From Mizuhopecten yessoensis (taxonomy: Eukaryota), in NCBI RefSeq assembly GCF_002113885.1, contig NW_018403786.1:1497858-1561857 (forward strand): DNA of 64,000 bases, read 5' to 3'. Of this stretch, positions 26,646 to 40,221 are shown piece after piece. Below the pieces are notes generated by a model. That model saw only the letters and a list, made by a program, of their open reading frames with translations. It was not told the origin of the DNA and made no database searches. Positions within the stretch are counted from its first letter, which is position 1. Each line of letters opens with the position of its first letter. The position numbers and the translations under genes were made by a program.

Positions 26646-29343
26646 GTTAGTGTTAATACCGCATTCTACCATTGGGAGCTGTATTTTGTGTTAATGATTT
26701 CTGCACGTTTTTTGTGTCGATGGATTTCAACGAAAATGAATCCAGTAAAGACATAAATACCGTTTAGCATCAGCGGCAGGCCTAGGTCGTTATAATAGGT
26801 GAAATATGATTTTGAGGTACAGTACGTGTCAGTTGTCCATTCCTTGGGGGTTGGTTATATATAATTTCTCTACTACCTGGAGGTTGTGACAAGAAATATC
26901 AACCCGACACGGGTAGTCTACAGAGTCAATGGCCGTCGAGGACTTGACCTTAACATATCTAATTCCGAGGGTACAGACTACTTGTTATACCCTAAAGGTA
27001 GCTTTTCTATTTCTCAGTTTAAAACGAAAAAGCTGACGGATTGTAAACAGAGCCTCATAGCTTTGCTTGATTATATCAAAACGCAACAACTTGGTAGTTT
27101 TCCAAGAACGTTAATTCATTGTCGTGTATGTATTTAAATGATTAAAATGATTTCAACTCATCTTGCTACTTCATTTCATCAAATTTTATTGACAAGATGT
27201 CATAATCAATTGGATTGAATAACAGGCAAAGCCAAATAAACTCTCTCCGTCAAATGGCCAAAGTTGAATAAACAAGGAGACATAATATTTTAGACATGTT
27301 GCAAATGAAAAAAATAACACAAACTAATTCATAATAACACAAGGCTAAGGGGAAGTAACTCATGAAGGATACATCTCACACACCTCATACACACTTACAC
27401 ACACATACAAGTACATGTACAAATACATTTATTTCAGCATATAAATACACTATCATAGACAGATATTGGCAGGCTTAGACCAAAAGTCCATGTGCATATA
27501 TTGCACAGGTCACTGCTACCAACAAATGTTACAATTCAAAATAATAAATTCATTTAATACATAGAAAGTGTAATTATTTACAATGTCATGATAAGTACAC
27601 GCAATAGACAGTAGTCATGCTCAACTAGAATCTCCTGGATGAAATATAGAATATATAGTATATTTTTGTATAACATCATGGCTTTAAGTCATATAAAAAT
27701 TAAAACGACGGGATTTTCCAATAAAAATATGCACATCATCAAGTATTCTTCTATTTGTAAGCCCATCACAATCAGGACAGCCCTGGAGAAGAATGTTTTT
27801 ATCAATGTGGTTGTGGTTTCCATAACTATTAAGAGAAGTGAACAAAGTTATTCTTTGATTATCAAAAATAGGATATTCCAAAAAGTAATGAGATACTGTT
27901 TCATGTTCAGCAGAGCAGGTACAAGCAGGACTATTAGTAAGATGGTCATGGTGTAAATCATAATTTAAATTACTGCAAGAGTTTCGAAGTCGACATAGAA
28001 TAATACTTGCTCTTCGGTTACCTTCTGTTTTGAAAATTGAAACAGATTCACTATCATCTTGCTACTTCCTGTTAATCGCACGCTAGTTTCTAAGCCCTAA
28101 GAGAGACGGAAATATCGTTGACAGCTAATTCGGGAGACATCCTGGCGAAGGATAGGAGCATACTTATAGTTGTAAAACAGAGGATCTTGATCAGAGGCAT
28201 ACAGCTTTCCTTACAAGGTCACATGGTGTTAACCAGTATTAGATGTAAGGCAATACTGATGTCTTGATTCTTTATAGGTACGTGGTACTGACGAGCAAAC
28301 ACCACGAGGGCTACACCATGTGGCCTTCCCAGCATTCCTGGAACTGGAACTCCATGGACGTCGGACCGCACCGGGACCTTGTCGGTAGGTTTAATGTGAC
28401 GCTAGTTTCAATAATTCCATTACCGTAACATTGAACGAGAGGTTAGAAACAAGTTCTCCCAGTATAAACATAATGATGCATGAATACTCAGTATCATTAC
28501 ATGCTAATAGAATGTCACTCGTTTTTAAATACTTGAGATGAGACTCACAGACAAATCTTTATTTTAGTAAATTGATTTATGTACATTGTACATGTACGAT
28601 TCATGTAGAGATAGCGGTGAGCCATCATGTGGCTTGGAATTTTAATTCGAGTTCACATTAACAGTAATGATCATAGGTACGGTATTAGTACGTTATTTGT
28701 ACACTCATTATCATTAAATGTATCCACTCCTTTGACAAACAAAATTGACGAAGAGAAAATGAATTCCAAGTATTTATTCATTACCAGATACCCAGTAAGA
28801 AGCCTTGTTAAATATAGCATCTAATATCGATGTACATTCTTATTTTCTAGGTGAATTTGCAAGAGCCATTCGGAACAAAACGTATATGAATTTTGGATTG
28901 TACCATTCCCTGTACGAATGGTTCCACCCATTGTACCTTGCCGACAAGGCAAACAATTTCCAAACCCAAGATTTTGTCAGGGTACGTGTTCTTATGATGT
29001 AGCTAAAACCAAGGACGGCAAAGTAAAATCAGAATACCCGGAAGTAATGGTTAACCATATAATGACTCGAGACTTGAAATTACACTGGAAAGCACAGACG
29101 TAGGCGACTCAACCCTGAGATTGGAAAATGTAGAGAAATTCACATGACTGCAACAACTAGGATAAGTATTTGTATCAACAGTTGCCAAAGGTATCTTTCC
29201 GTTTCCTCTATTTAAATATATGTTATTTTGTTTTCCATACAAACACATATATATCATTATCAATTACATTAAGACCGTGTTTAGAGATCCAACACAATTT
29301 CTCTCCGACGCCGATAGTAAAATATACCTCTGTGACAAGTGTT

Positions 29344-29385
<42 letters not shown>

Positions 29386-32300
29386 CGTGTTATGTTTCTA
29401 CTAGGAGAAGACTCTCCCCGAGCTGTACGAAATTGTGAACAGGTACAAACCCGATATCATCTGGTCAGACGGGGACTGGGAGGCTTCCGACTCCTACTGG
29501 AACTCCACTCAATTCCTAGCCTGGCTCTATAACGACAGGTACAGCTTGGTCAATTTCAGAGTAGCGTGAACCATTCATGTATGGGGAGTTAGGGCTAGTT
29601 CAACAAGAGCACCGCAAACGAATGCATAATACGCCCGTCTGACCCTATCCAATGAGTTTTTGTTTGTTTTATATTTAAAGTACCTGGTAGCCAGTGTCAT
29701 GTCTATGTGATAAAAATGCTTGCACTGATGCTTTTGTTGCTAAAGTCCAAAATTTACAAAAATAGGAAATATTTTCCCAAATAAAATCATTATTGTCCTT
29801 GTTAGACCCCACATGAACATCCATGCCAAAAATTAGGACAATAACACAGGATCTGACTGAACTGTACACCACTGAAGTCCCAAACACTGTACAATACTGA
29901 AAGAAGCTTGTGAATCGTGCCTGTCTGAAATGTGGGACATTTGGAGACTTTGGGGGTCAAAATTGATATGATTTCTCTCTCGATTATTTGTTATCAACAC
30001 TTTGTCCTGACTGTGGCAACATGGTTTCTGTCCATAGCGCCTGTATTGAGGACACATATCGAGATCAAAGCTGAGTTAATCAACACTGTTTGTGTTTAGT
30101 TCGGGGGCAGGCCTTTCCTGCAAAACGTTGGCATACCCATGATGGTAATAGGCCATACCCTTCCCTTGACAAAGCAGTTTTTGTTTTTCTTATAAAGCTG
30201 ACTTTACGGAAGATCTGAACGACTGGTAGCAGAGATCTTGATAAGTCCGTCCAATGCCGACCTTTCTATATCAAACCCTTACCTCAGTCGTTACTTACTA
30301 AATGAACACAATGAGAGGCTTATTACAAAGATCTCGGATTAGCGTTACGGTTTCTTTTTCTCCTAAAATTTCTCCTGTCTTGATAGTAATATCCCTGCTT
30401 CTCTAACCTTTTAACATATCGCATGTGATTCGATATTCACAGGTTTGCTCGGAAGAATACAATTCCCTGTGACAGGGGTGACTGCTGTCGTCCAAACATA
30501 CACCAAATGGTTTTGAGAGGTGCAAATTATTGAAGAAAATAGGCCCGTTTTTAGATCGCAATCACATATTTAAATTCTGGTGTGACTTGGATACGTTTTT
30601 AATTTTACTCAAAAGTCACCTTGTGGCTTCGTTATCACTAATGGTTTCTCCCTTTCAGAACCTAACATAAAGCAGATAGAAGCAGAAGTCCCTTGCTCAT
30701 ATTGAACCCTTGTCTTTTTCTCCTTGCACCCCTTCAAGGGTTTTAGAATTTGAGTTGAAGGTACGGTTATATTGACATTTTTACAATTTTCATATTTTTA
30801 AAGCGATAGAAATTATGTATAGTGTTTTCGCGACAAAAGTCAATTAACGTCGGCGCTGATCTCAATTACGTTATATAGGTGTGTTTTTTTCTGCAGTAAA
30901 TTTTATACAAGGTAGCATGGTTCATGTCGTATTTCATATTCTCAAAGACGAAGTCGACTTTATCACTCTGTAAAATATGTTATATCGTGCGTTCTTTTAT
31001 TTTCAGCTCGTACGTTTATAATTAAGATAAACATAATCAGGGGAGTGTCATTTTAACCGAAAGTCGACCTAAATCCCAAAACATGTAAATTTACTCTGAA
31101 CACTTTAGTACCGGTTCAAATATAGCTTTGACACATACTCAGGTCCATGTGGCTCTTATATATGTGTGTGGTAGAGGCGATTTTTGCCGTTATGAATTTT
31201 AGAGTTATACAGACCTCTGTATATCGTGACAATGTGTCATTTAGCTAGCGGAGATAGTTTATCACCTTGCAATTCCATTCAATAATACCGTGCGTTATTT
31301 GTATCCTTTTAATTCCGGTATTTAGTTACAAATCACTTGTGATCTGTTTGTTGTCTATTTTGCTGCCATAATGACGGAAGTGGTTTAATTTTGTTAGCCG
31401 CTTTGTGATTGGCTGTTCGTCTTGGGTTCAGCCAATCGTTCTTCTCGTAGGATTTTGTTTAGTGGCGTCTTGTGGTTAGATACTATTTTCTCGTGTATTA
31501 AGTCGGGTAGTTTGAGGTGTTCGCTCTGTCTGCTGGATAACCGAAATACGCGGTAGTGAAGCGGACGTAAAACCTATCAATCAATCAATCAGGTGTTCGC
31601 TCTCAGTCCGGCGGATGGGACTAAAAAATGGTGGCCCGTGTGAGAACTGTCCAATATCGCACGGAAAAGATCCTTTTTTTTTCGAAAAAGAGTAGGCGTG
31701 ATCACGCCGACACAGAGGATAGGATTTATTTTCGGCCGTTAAAACAAGGTCCTCTTTATTAGAAATTTAGAAGGACTTGTCTCAATTGCCTTTCAGGCTT
31801 CAGGTGTCGTCCGGTCTTTTCTTTTCTTCTTTCTATATCCTATGCATTTCTCGCTGCACTGTCTATACAGTGATGTAATCATGTCACATCTGTTGTTAAG
31901 GAGCTCATTCTGTTCTCCTTCCATCGGCTGGTCGTGGTTTTCTAGAGCTAGAAACCTATTCCTAAACTGAAGGGTAAATTCCGTTCCTACACCTGCATCC
32001 TTTAGTCTATCCACGTCTGCGACCTTTGGGCTGTGGACCAGTGCTTCTAAGCTTGCTTACACCATGTGATGGTTGCTACCAACATCAGCTCTTCTCCTCA
32101 CCTTGACGTCCATAAGTGCACGTCGCCACGTCCCGCTAATCATCAAATGGTCTATTTGATTCTTGCCTGGTTCACTTGGGGAGCACCATGTCAGCTTGTG
32201 GATCAGTCGATGCTGAAACAAGGTCCCTCCAGAGACCAGGTCATTCATGTCGTTAAGTCCACCGTTTTCTCTCCGTTGTTGTTCATGCTACCACATCCAT

Positions 32301-35300
32301 GTTTCCCCCTTGCCCTGTCATCCTCTGTACCCTCATTCCCCACCTTCGCTATTAGATCACCCATGACGACTATGAGATTGTGCTTAGCTGTCTTTTCCAT
32401 TCCTGCCTGAAGACTATGGTAGAAGCTGTCGTTGGTCTCGTCTTCGATGTCGTTCGTCGGGGCATAGCTCTGGATTACAGTGATGTTGATGTGCCTCCCT
32501 TTCAGTGGATAAATTTCATTGATGTGCCTCTTGTCAGACGACTGCTGACAGGCTCCCATTCTGGCAATCATCGCTCTACTCCCCTTTTCAAGATTTATGC
32601 CACTCCTTCTGTATGTTGGCCGTCATCTCCATCCAAGTATAAAAGTGTCTCACCCGTTACTGTCGTCTGTCGACCTGATCCTGTCCATCTGCATTCGCTC
32701 ACACCCATGATATGTAGGTTGTAGCGCCCATCTCTCATGTTACCTGTGCAAGCTTACCTTAATCGTACATAGTACCATGTGGCATGTGACTTGCTGACAG
32801 AACCTACTTGAGACGGTAAGCTTTCCCGGCATTTACAAGAGGCACCGTAGTGACATTAATATCTCTCGCCGGGAGCTTTATCAGCATTTGACCCAATAAC
32901 TATATAAACTAGTCAGTATTTGGTAAAGGTAACCTCAACCCATTTGTGTGTGAACTTTATAGTATTATTATGACTAAGGCTAATGACCAAAGCTAGAATC
33001 ATCTCATTGTAAATATCATCATCTTTTTGTTAAATATTAAATTGTTAAACTTTATGTACAGCTCGTTGTGGTTTTTTTTTCATTCTATACCATTGGCACA
33101 CCGAACCTAGGCGTAGTAGGTGCTGATACAACTAGGTGGCGCCACTTCGAAAACCCTCTTGTAAATGCCCCTTGCCCTACTTAATGTGTATACGTCATAT
33201 TCTTACCCAGAATTCCCGTTTCTCGTATCGTCAGATATTTTTGATAATATTAATTGATAAAACCCCAGATCTAGAATAATGTGTTCTCACCCTCTATTAA
33301 AACTTTTATCATTTTTATTATGCAATGAAGGATGCACAACTTCACCTGTACCAGCTTACAAACGCACAAGGTGCAATCAACTGTTGTTTATTTGGAAATA
33401 CGATCACAAAATCCTCGATGCCATTTTCTCGCTTCCCATGAAATGGGCTATCTGGCCTACGCTATATGCGTCAGAAAGCCAAAATTCACAGCGAATTTGT
33501 AAATCATTATTTATCATGCAGTGTGACAAGTAACGAGTACTCATTAAACTGGGGAAGAAAATTCTTTTTATCTTTCGCATATTACATGATGCTCCTGATT
33601 GTTGTTTCAGTCCAGTGAAGACCACAGTGGTGACTAATGACCGATGGGGAAGTGGGGACATCTGTAAACACGGGGGCTATTTCACCTGTTCTGACCGGTA
33701 CAATCCAGGTACGTGTACGGACCGGTGCAATCCAGATACGTGCACTGACCGATACAATCCAGGTACGTGTACTGACCGGTACAATCCAGGTACGTATACT
33801 GACCGGTACAATCCATGTACGTGTACTGACCGGTACAATCCAGGTACGTGTACTGACCGGTACAATCAAGTACGTGTACTGACTGGTACAATCCAGATAC
33901 GTGTACTGACCGATACAATCCAGGTACGTGTACTGACCGGTACAATCCAAGTACGTGTACTGACCGGTACAATCCAGGTACGTGTACTGACCCGTACAAT
34001 CCAGGTACGTGTACTGACCGGTACAATCCAGATACGTGTACTGACCGGTACAATCCAGGTACGTGTTTTGACCAGTACAATCCAGGTACGTGTGCTGACC
34101 GGTACAATCCAGGTTCGTGTGCTTGCCGGTACAATCCAGGTACGTTTACTGACCGTTACAATCTATGTACGTGTACTGACCGGTACAATCCAGGTACGTG
34201 TACTGACCGGTACAATCCAAGTACATTTCGTAACAGGTACGATCAAGGTACATATACTGACATGTTATGTAAAAGCATTCTACACTCTAGTTCGAAATAC
34301 AGGCAAGGTATATACTGTATAAGTATTATTTAATAAAAAAAATATCCATTTGTAGCAGGTAAGTATAGAAAAATAAGATCTAACGACCGACTAAAAAACA
34401 AGTTGCTTGAAAGCAGCTTGTTTTTTAGTCTGTAGTTAGATATAATTTTCTATACATAAGAAAATAATTACAGCATGGTCTAATATGAGCACTGGATCCG
34501 AACAAATATTCGCTGAATGCGTATATGATATATATATGGAAGTGTCTATATATAAAACGTTACTACTTAAGTGCTTTTCTAGCATAGCTTTGTATTGTAG
34601 GACTACGATTAATATTACAGTGCTGTGTACGTATCGGATACAAATTCTATTAATGTCTCACTATGTGGGTTTTAATTTTGTTGACACGTTAAGTCTTTGG
34701 CCTTTGCATGACCTATCACTGATTGAGAAAATCAACCTATCGTTGTGTAGGCCAAAACGCAATGCGTTAATGGGTGACCGACGGCAACAATTGTTTTCAG
34801 ATTATACGAAGTTCAACCATTGTCACATCTACGTTAACTTGCTATGCATGCCTACATTGAGATTGTATGATAAAATCAATTGAGAAATAATTCCAACTGT
34901 GTACGGGGTATTGAACCCCCTACATCATCCTGGGGCACTCACCCAGTGTATTAAGTATGTTCCAGGCTATGTTGCAAATGTTACAAGTACCGAGCAGGAA
35001 AAACTTTGATAATTGCGTTGTGTATATATTTATACGGATTAATGTGAAACGTTTCTTGGGGGAAAATGTAAAGATAATTGCAGGGGACGGAAACGCAATA
35101 AAAAAATGTAACATGTCAATTATGTTAAACAAATAGCATTAATATCTTATATATATAAATGCAAAATATGTCTTAAGTTTTAAGCGATAGATTTTAATTT
35201 ATTGATAGTTGGTATATTTTTATAAGATTTCTTGCTTAATAAATATATGGCAAGCCAACTTAAAACTTAAGTCAAGTTATAAAAGATACATTATTAAATA

Positions 35301-38300
35301 TATAAAATATGATATGAAATATATATGATATAAAAGTTCATATATAGCATATCTTACATTAGACTAGCTACACGTACCAGCCCCTAAGTTTTTATGACGA
35401 ATTTCTCAACTGCGTTTTACTACAAGCTTATCCTCCCCTAGTTTAGAACTTAGTTGAGACATCCAAGTGATCAAAATGATTTGTTATCTTTTACTTAATA
35501 ACTCAATATTCTAGAGACGGTGGACAGTTTAATAGTACATGAACACACCCAAATTTGACATATATGAAATATGGCTAGATTTGTTAAGCTAAAACGATTT
35601 ACTCAGGTTTGTTTCTGGTTTTAAGTTTGCATGTTAAATATAATGTAAGACATCTTGATGACAAATGCCATGATATCGAAGTCAAAATCAAGGAATGCCA
35701 AGTTCTGATAAGGAGAACCGAGGCAGTGACGATGTCGATAGATGTATCGGGCAACGAATAATTTTCAGTGAGACAAAATGGCACCATAAAAATTTGTCCA
35801 TACCCTTGATCAACCTTCATCGTAAACATTCGAAATCTACCACTGAAATCGTCATATATGGAGGAAGCCAGTAAAGTATCGAATAAATGGTAAAATGTAG
35901 GAGGTGGGTAAAGTGGTTGAAAAATTGAAATTGCCACACGTATCCTTTATCATAGTACCGTTTACCGTAATGAGGGCAAATTTATCATTACAGCGCACAT
36001 TAATAAACAACATAATATACACAGTGATTAAATGTAAAGGGCGAAATTTAAACTGGGTGAATACGGATTTTACCGGCTGATGGCGAAAGTAACTGGGCGA
36101 AAATTTCCCGTTATACAGCTCATCTATCCCTGATTGCCATGCTAAGGAGTATGATAACTATATCCTTAATTTAAGGATTTCAGGAGAGTATTTATACAAT
36201 CGACGTGGCTAGTAGTTTTCTTTGTTAATCTAAAGGCAAACTGAAACTCACATTGTCCATATATCCGATCGTGAAATTGCAGGAAGTGACAAAAAAGATT
36301 TTGTGGCATGACCTGAAAAGTCCTCGGATGAATTTAGACTTATTTGTTATCAAAATAAGTCTTAATTGATATGGCAATAATCTGCTACTCATTCCTATAT
36401 ATTCATCCTCATAATGTTAAATTTTGGCGATTGTGTTTTTCACAAAATGTACGATTAAACAGTCAACCAACATATGCTTGTTAGGTTTTCGCTTTTAGCG
36501 TTCTTTTAGTTTGATATTAAGTATTGTAGTGAAGAGAAGAAAAGTCGCCCATCAAATTTTCCCATTGGTAAAAACTTTTTTTTAGGAAAAGATGTTCAAT
36601 GTTGATTAAAAAGATCTGTCAAGAACCTTAATATTTTCACTCCATTAATTCCACTTCTTGAGGACACAGCGTCGACCGTAATCCTGATTAAATACTGCTT
36701 AGAATGGTAGTAAACAAAATGGTAAAGATGACTTGTCAGCGCAACTAGCAGAAACACCAATGATATCGAGGCTGGCCAGTGCCCTTGTTATATATAACTG
36801 GTATTCCGTCTTCTGAATATATCATATTTCCATGATTTTCACGCAAGCGTACTTTTTGTTATATATCAAATGATAAGGATCAAGTTACAGAGGCAAATTT
36901 CGAGCTGCAAATTATTTTCAAAATGGCGGTTTTATTAGATTTAACCCACCCTCAAAATGAATTCACTTCAGTTGCCTTTCGTTTTGCCCTGTGTCTGCCG
37001 TAGTATTCCATTTCCCAATTTCCGTACATTATTACATGCAACATTCTCCTTTTGCTTCCGTATTTTCCACAGGCGTCCTTCAAAACCATAAATGGGAAAA
37101 CACTATATCATTGGACCGGAAGTCGCGGGGATACAGACGAGACATTGAGTTATCAGACGTTGTTTCAATAAAAGAACTCATAGCCAAAATTGCAGAGACA
37201 GTGAGGTGAGGTTTAAATCCCAACCAAAGATTCGAGAAACTTGTTACTCCTTCTGTTTTATTTGTTATGCTTAATGATATAAATATAATAAGACATTGTA
37301 TTTTGTAACAGTGCAAGATACAGATTACTGTTTAGAACTCTATGTATATTGAAAATTATAACAGCGTTTCTGTCCGATCTTGGGTCTCCCAAAACCTGGT
37401 AGATTAGCAAATATCAAGCACAGGGCGTTGTAGATCAGAAAACAATTCTTTACTGCCTACGTGTAAATTTGGTTTTGGTTTGATAGGTCCGATAGGGCAA
37501 TGCAAGGTATTTTCAATGCATTGATGCTACACACAGTGACTTACACAAGTATTATACAGTTGCGGTGGTAACCTGCTTGTGAACATTGGTCCCACGCTAG
37601 ACGGTAACATTCCACCCATATTTGAAGAGCGCCTGCGACAGATGGGGGCGTGGTTGAAGGTCAATGCGGAAGGAATATACGGAACACAGTCATGGCGCTA
37701 TCAGAATGATTCAGTGACCCCGGGAGTTTGGTATGTAGTTCATAAATCTCTTGTCAAAATCTCTCATTTGCGTAATATCTTTAATCAAATAAATCTGCTT
37801 TTGAAAAAGACGCTTTCTCAAAATTTTCCATAAATTAATATATATTTTTAATCTACTGTGATATTTCTGTGCAATTTAAACAAACATCATCGAATCATTG
37901 CGTTACCGGTTTGCAACATATTCGTCCATGTCTCTTTTCTTTCTTTCTTGTCAGTAACTCCATCAAATATCTTTGTTAGGGTGTAAAACCTTCCCTGAAA
38001 TTTATCTTTTAAAGTAAAAAAAACTTTTCTAGTCTTTCTGTTATGTTTCCTATTCTTGAAGGTCGTGTACAATCTTACCAATATAGGTCGAGAACAATCT
38101 GATTATTGTGTAGAATTGAAGTTCATGAAAAGGCTTACCGTTTATAAGTTTCCCCTGAAAGAATTCGTATACCATATTTTGCCATCAAGTAAATATCCGT
38201 TCAATGCATCAGTCTATTTACCTCGAAACTCATTAAACGGTGTAAAAGGTTATCGGAAAACTTAAAACTGTTTTGTTACTTTAAATACAATAAAGAAATA

Positions 38301-38866
38301 CCTTTCATAACAAGATATATTGGTTGTTGTCCCAGTGCTGCGTTGAAGAAATGACTTCTTTTCAATAAGTTAAAACTAGATGTACATGTGTACTACCCAT
38401 CGTATGAAATTGATACTTAATACAAAAACAAACATTTCCTTTGATTTTATCGACAAAAAATCATCGATCGAACGATCATTACATATATTTGTTTACGTAA
38501 TCGGATATAAATGTCCTCGTTCAATATAGTTCAACTTTTAGGTTTATTTCAGCTCTCTAGACATGAACTGTTTTCACCTACAGGTACACATCACTCACAA
38601 TCAAAACAACTACCGCCGTCTACGCCATTATCCCCGTCTCTGATATTAAAAACACTTCTCGACTGCACCTCGGCTCCCCAGTGGTACGAGACACCACCCA
38701 AGCATTTGCGTACTTATTGGGCTATGATCAACAGGTACCATACAGTGCCCCTTCACCGGATGGAGGAGTCTACATTGACGTGACTTCCATCCCCAACAGC
38801 TACCTCACTGACCCCCCATTTAACTGGGCCTGGGTCATCCGTATGCTAGGACTTGATAATGTATGA
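26293..38866 (+). CDS. FUCA: Alpha-L-fucosidase (GH29, FUCA1/FUCA2-like), complete 8-exon gene, 469 aa
   Basis: Exons 26293-26645, 28278-28384, 28851-28981, 29405-29538, 33611-33708, 37073-37205, 37560-37730, 38584-38866; all GT-AG, phases consistent, 1410 nt. Signal peptide, then [38 protein letters not shown] (nucleophile), [18 protein letters not shown]. Confidence 0.96.
27150..28025 (-). mobile_element. CR1-group LINE 3' end and 3'UTR in fucosidase intron 1
   Basis: [39 protein letters not shown]...IGKSRRF, homologous to the C-terminus at 6201-6518. Confidence 0.8.
28278..28384 (+). CDS. FUCA: Fucosidase exon 2
   Basis: [35 protein letters not shown]. Confidence 0.95.
28851..28981 (+). 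CDS. FUCA: Fucosidase exon 3
   Basis: [33 protein letters not shown]...FVR. Confidence 0.95.
29405..29538 (+). CDS. FUCA: Fucosidase exon 4 (nucleophile Asp in WSDG)
   Basis: [44 protein letters not shown]. Confidence 0.95.
31500..31740 (+). mobile_element. SINE core remnant (Deu/Nin-like) with a nested 63-bp retro-insertion
   Basis: Core-like gcacggaaaagatcc...tcgaaaaagagtagg. Insert 31528-31590 ends in (tcaa)n and is flanked by a 13-bp TSD aggtgttcgctct. Confidence 0.55.
31760..32775 (-). mobile_element. RTE-clade LINE AP-endonuclease fragment (degenerate)
   Basis: MYD.GKLAQVT...[36 protein letters not shown] and [15 protein letters not shown]. Confidence 0.88.
32828..33169. mobile_element. 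MITE with 15-bp TIRs (ggcatttacaagagg / cctcttgtaaatgcc)
   Basis: Perfect 15-bp inverted termini; imperfect flanking duplication (gctttccc / ccttgccc). Confidence 0.6.
33611..33708 (+). CDS. FUCA: Fucosidase exon 5
   Basis: [33 protein letters not shown]; donor ag|gtacgt. Confidence 0.93.
33691..34262 (+). repeat. 27-bp minisatellite (~20 copies) built from the fucosidase exon 5 end plus splice donor (ctgaccggtacaatccag|gtacgtgta)
   Basis: The first copy spans the real exon5/intron5 junction. Period 27; one 26-bp unit at 33853-33878. Confidence 0.96.
34362..34455. repeat. Imperfect palindrome (~45-bp arms), MITE-like remnant
   Basis: gtatagaaaa..tctaac..gactaaaaaacaag / cttgttttttagtc..gttaga..ttttctatac. 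Confidence 0.65.
37073..37205 (+). CDS. FUCA: Fucosidase exon 6
   Basis: [24 protein letters not shown]...AETV. Confidence 0.93.
37560..37730 (+). CDS. FUCA: Fucosidase exon 7
   Basis: [43 protein letters not shown]...PGV. Confidence 0.95.
38584..38866 (+). CDS. FUCA: Fucosidase terminal exon 8
   Basis: WYTS...VYAI...[13 protein letters not shown]; aataaa at 38929-38934. Confidence 0.92.
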
Positions 38867-39895
38867 TGAACCAAGACTGGTACACATGTATACGATGTGA
38901 AACACCAACTCTTCCAATCTCTTTAGAAAATAAATGATTATAAATGTGTTATATTGACATCTTTAATTACCTTTTGTGGACATAGTACAGACATCAAGCG
39001 AATTATAAGAACGTTCCAGTAGTTGAATGCAGATTTGTAGAAAAACAATTGCAGATATTAGGATAAACAGCCGAAAGTGAAAGAATAAGAGAGGGCCCGT
39101 AATTATATTATAGTGAATTTGCTTACTTTCGGAATGACTTTTCTCCAACACTTTCATTTATCCCCATCGAGAATTGGACTTTCAATTGGTCAAAGGTCAA
39201 TAGACATTGTATCTGCAAGGTGTTATATGTTATATATATATATAAATATCTTAACGTCTTTCAATTCTTCTCTTGGTTTATCCTTGGTGCGTATAAATTG
39301 GCGTATACGCAGTAAATAAATGGCTCGGCGCATTGATACTTGTTTCAAATATTGCGCCGCGCACGCTTCAGCGAAATAACAGTCCAATTAAAACGATTGC
39401 TTGGTTCCTTCTTCAACTAGATACATGGAAAATATTCGGTATCCGTTATGTCTTATTATACAACAAAGGAATGCTCCTTATTGCATGGATGCACATTCAA
39501 ATTTCTTTGACAGTAACGTAAACAATGGCGGCTTCGATCTGAAACATTCGACCGCGCCACTCAATCCGCGTACATGATGACCGTTATAAATGCTATAAAA
39601 GGAAGAAAACAAACGTTGTTCACTGTGGATGTTCTTAATTTATTCGTATATCGATGTAGATTATCTGGAAACAGTTTTTCCAGCAACCACGGTTATCGTA
39701 GTTACCATCGTAGCAACCCGCTTCGGCTATTTTGTTCTACTTATTATAGTATTTAAACATTTTTTGGATGTAAATATAAGGATTGACCTTCATTTTGAAG
39801 ATACATATGGTAGTATGAATCTTATATGCATTTGTCAAGAAACGTTGTCATTTCGGATTGGTACATGTGATTAACACCCTCGCCACATTCGGGGT

Positions 39896-40221
39896 CATCC
39901 TCGATACTCCAGGGGTTAAACTCAATTTCGCTCTCTGCACCCGTGGAATATGTCGTAGCAAAATGACACAAGAAACTAATTTGATCCTTTGATTTACATC
40001 AAAAGAATATCGCGGTCGCGTAACGGTAAACATTGACTGGCTTTGAAGTGGTGTATCGCTCTTTGTAATCTTCAAAGGACAGCTATCAGCCTAGCAATTT
40101 GTCAGGTTTTTCTTAACCGAGACCAATCAAACAGCTATCTTCATGTCTTCAAATTTGCTATGACATATTCCAGGGGTGCAAAGAGCGAAAGTGAGCGTAA
40201 CCCCTGGAGTATCAAAAATGA
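39896..40221. mobile_element. MITE with ~70-bp imperfect TIRs
   Basis: tcatcctcgatactccaggggttaaactcaatttcgctctctgcaccc... is inverted-repeated as ...ggggtgcaaagagcgaaagtgagcgtaacccctggagtatcaaaaatga. Confidence 0.75.

Noticed and set aside
33582-34322. Long ORFs in several frames (e.g. 235 aa at 33615-34322)
   Set aside because: By-products of the stop-free 27-bp repeat; only 33611-33708 is supported as a constitutive exon.
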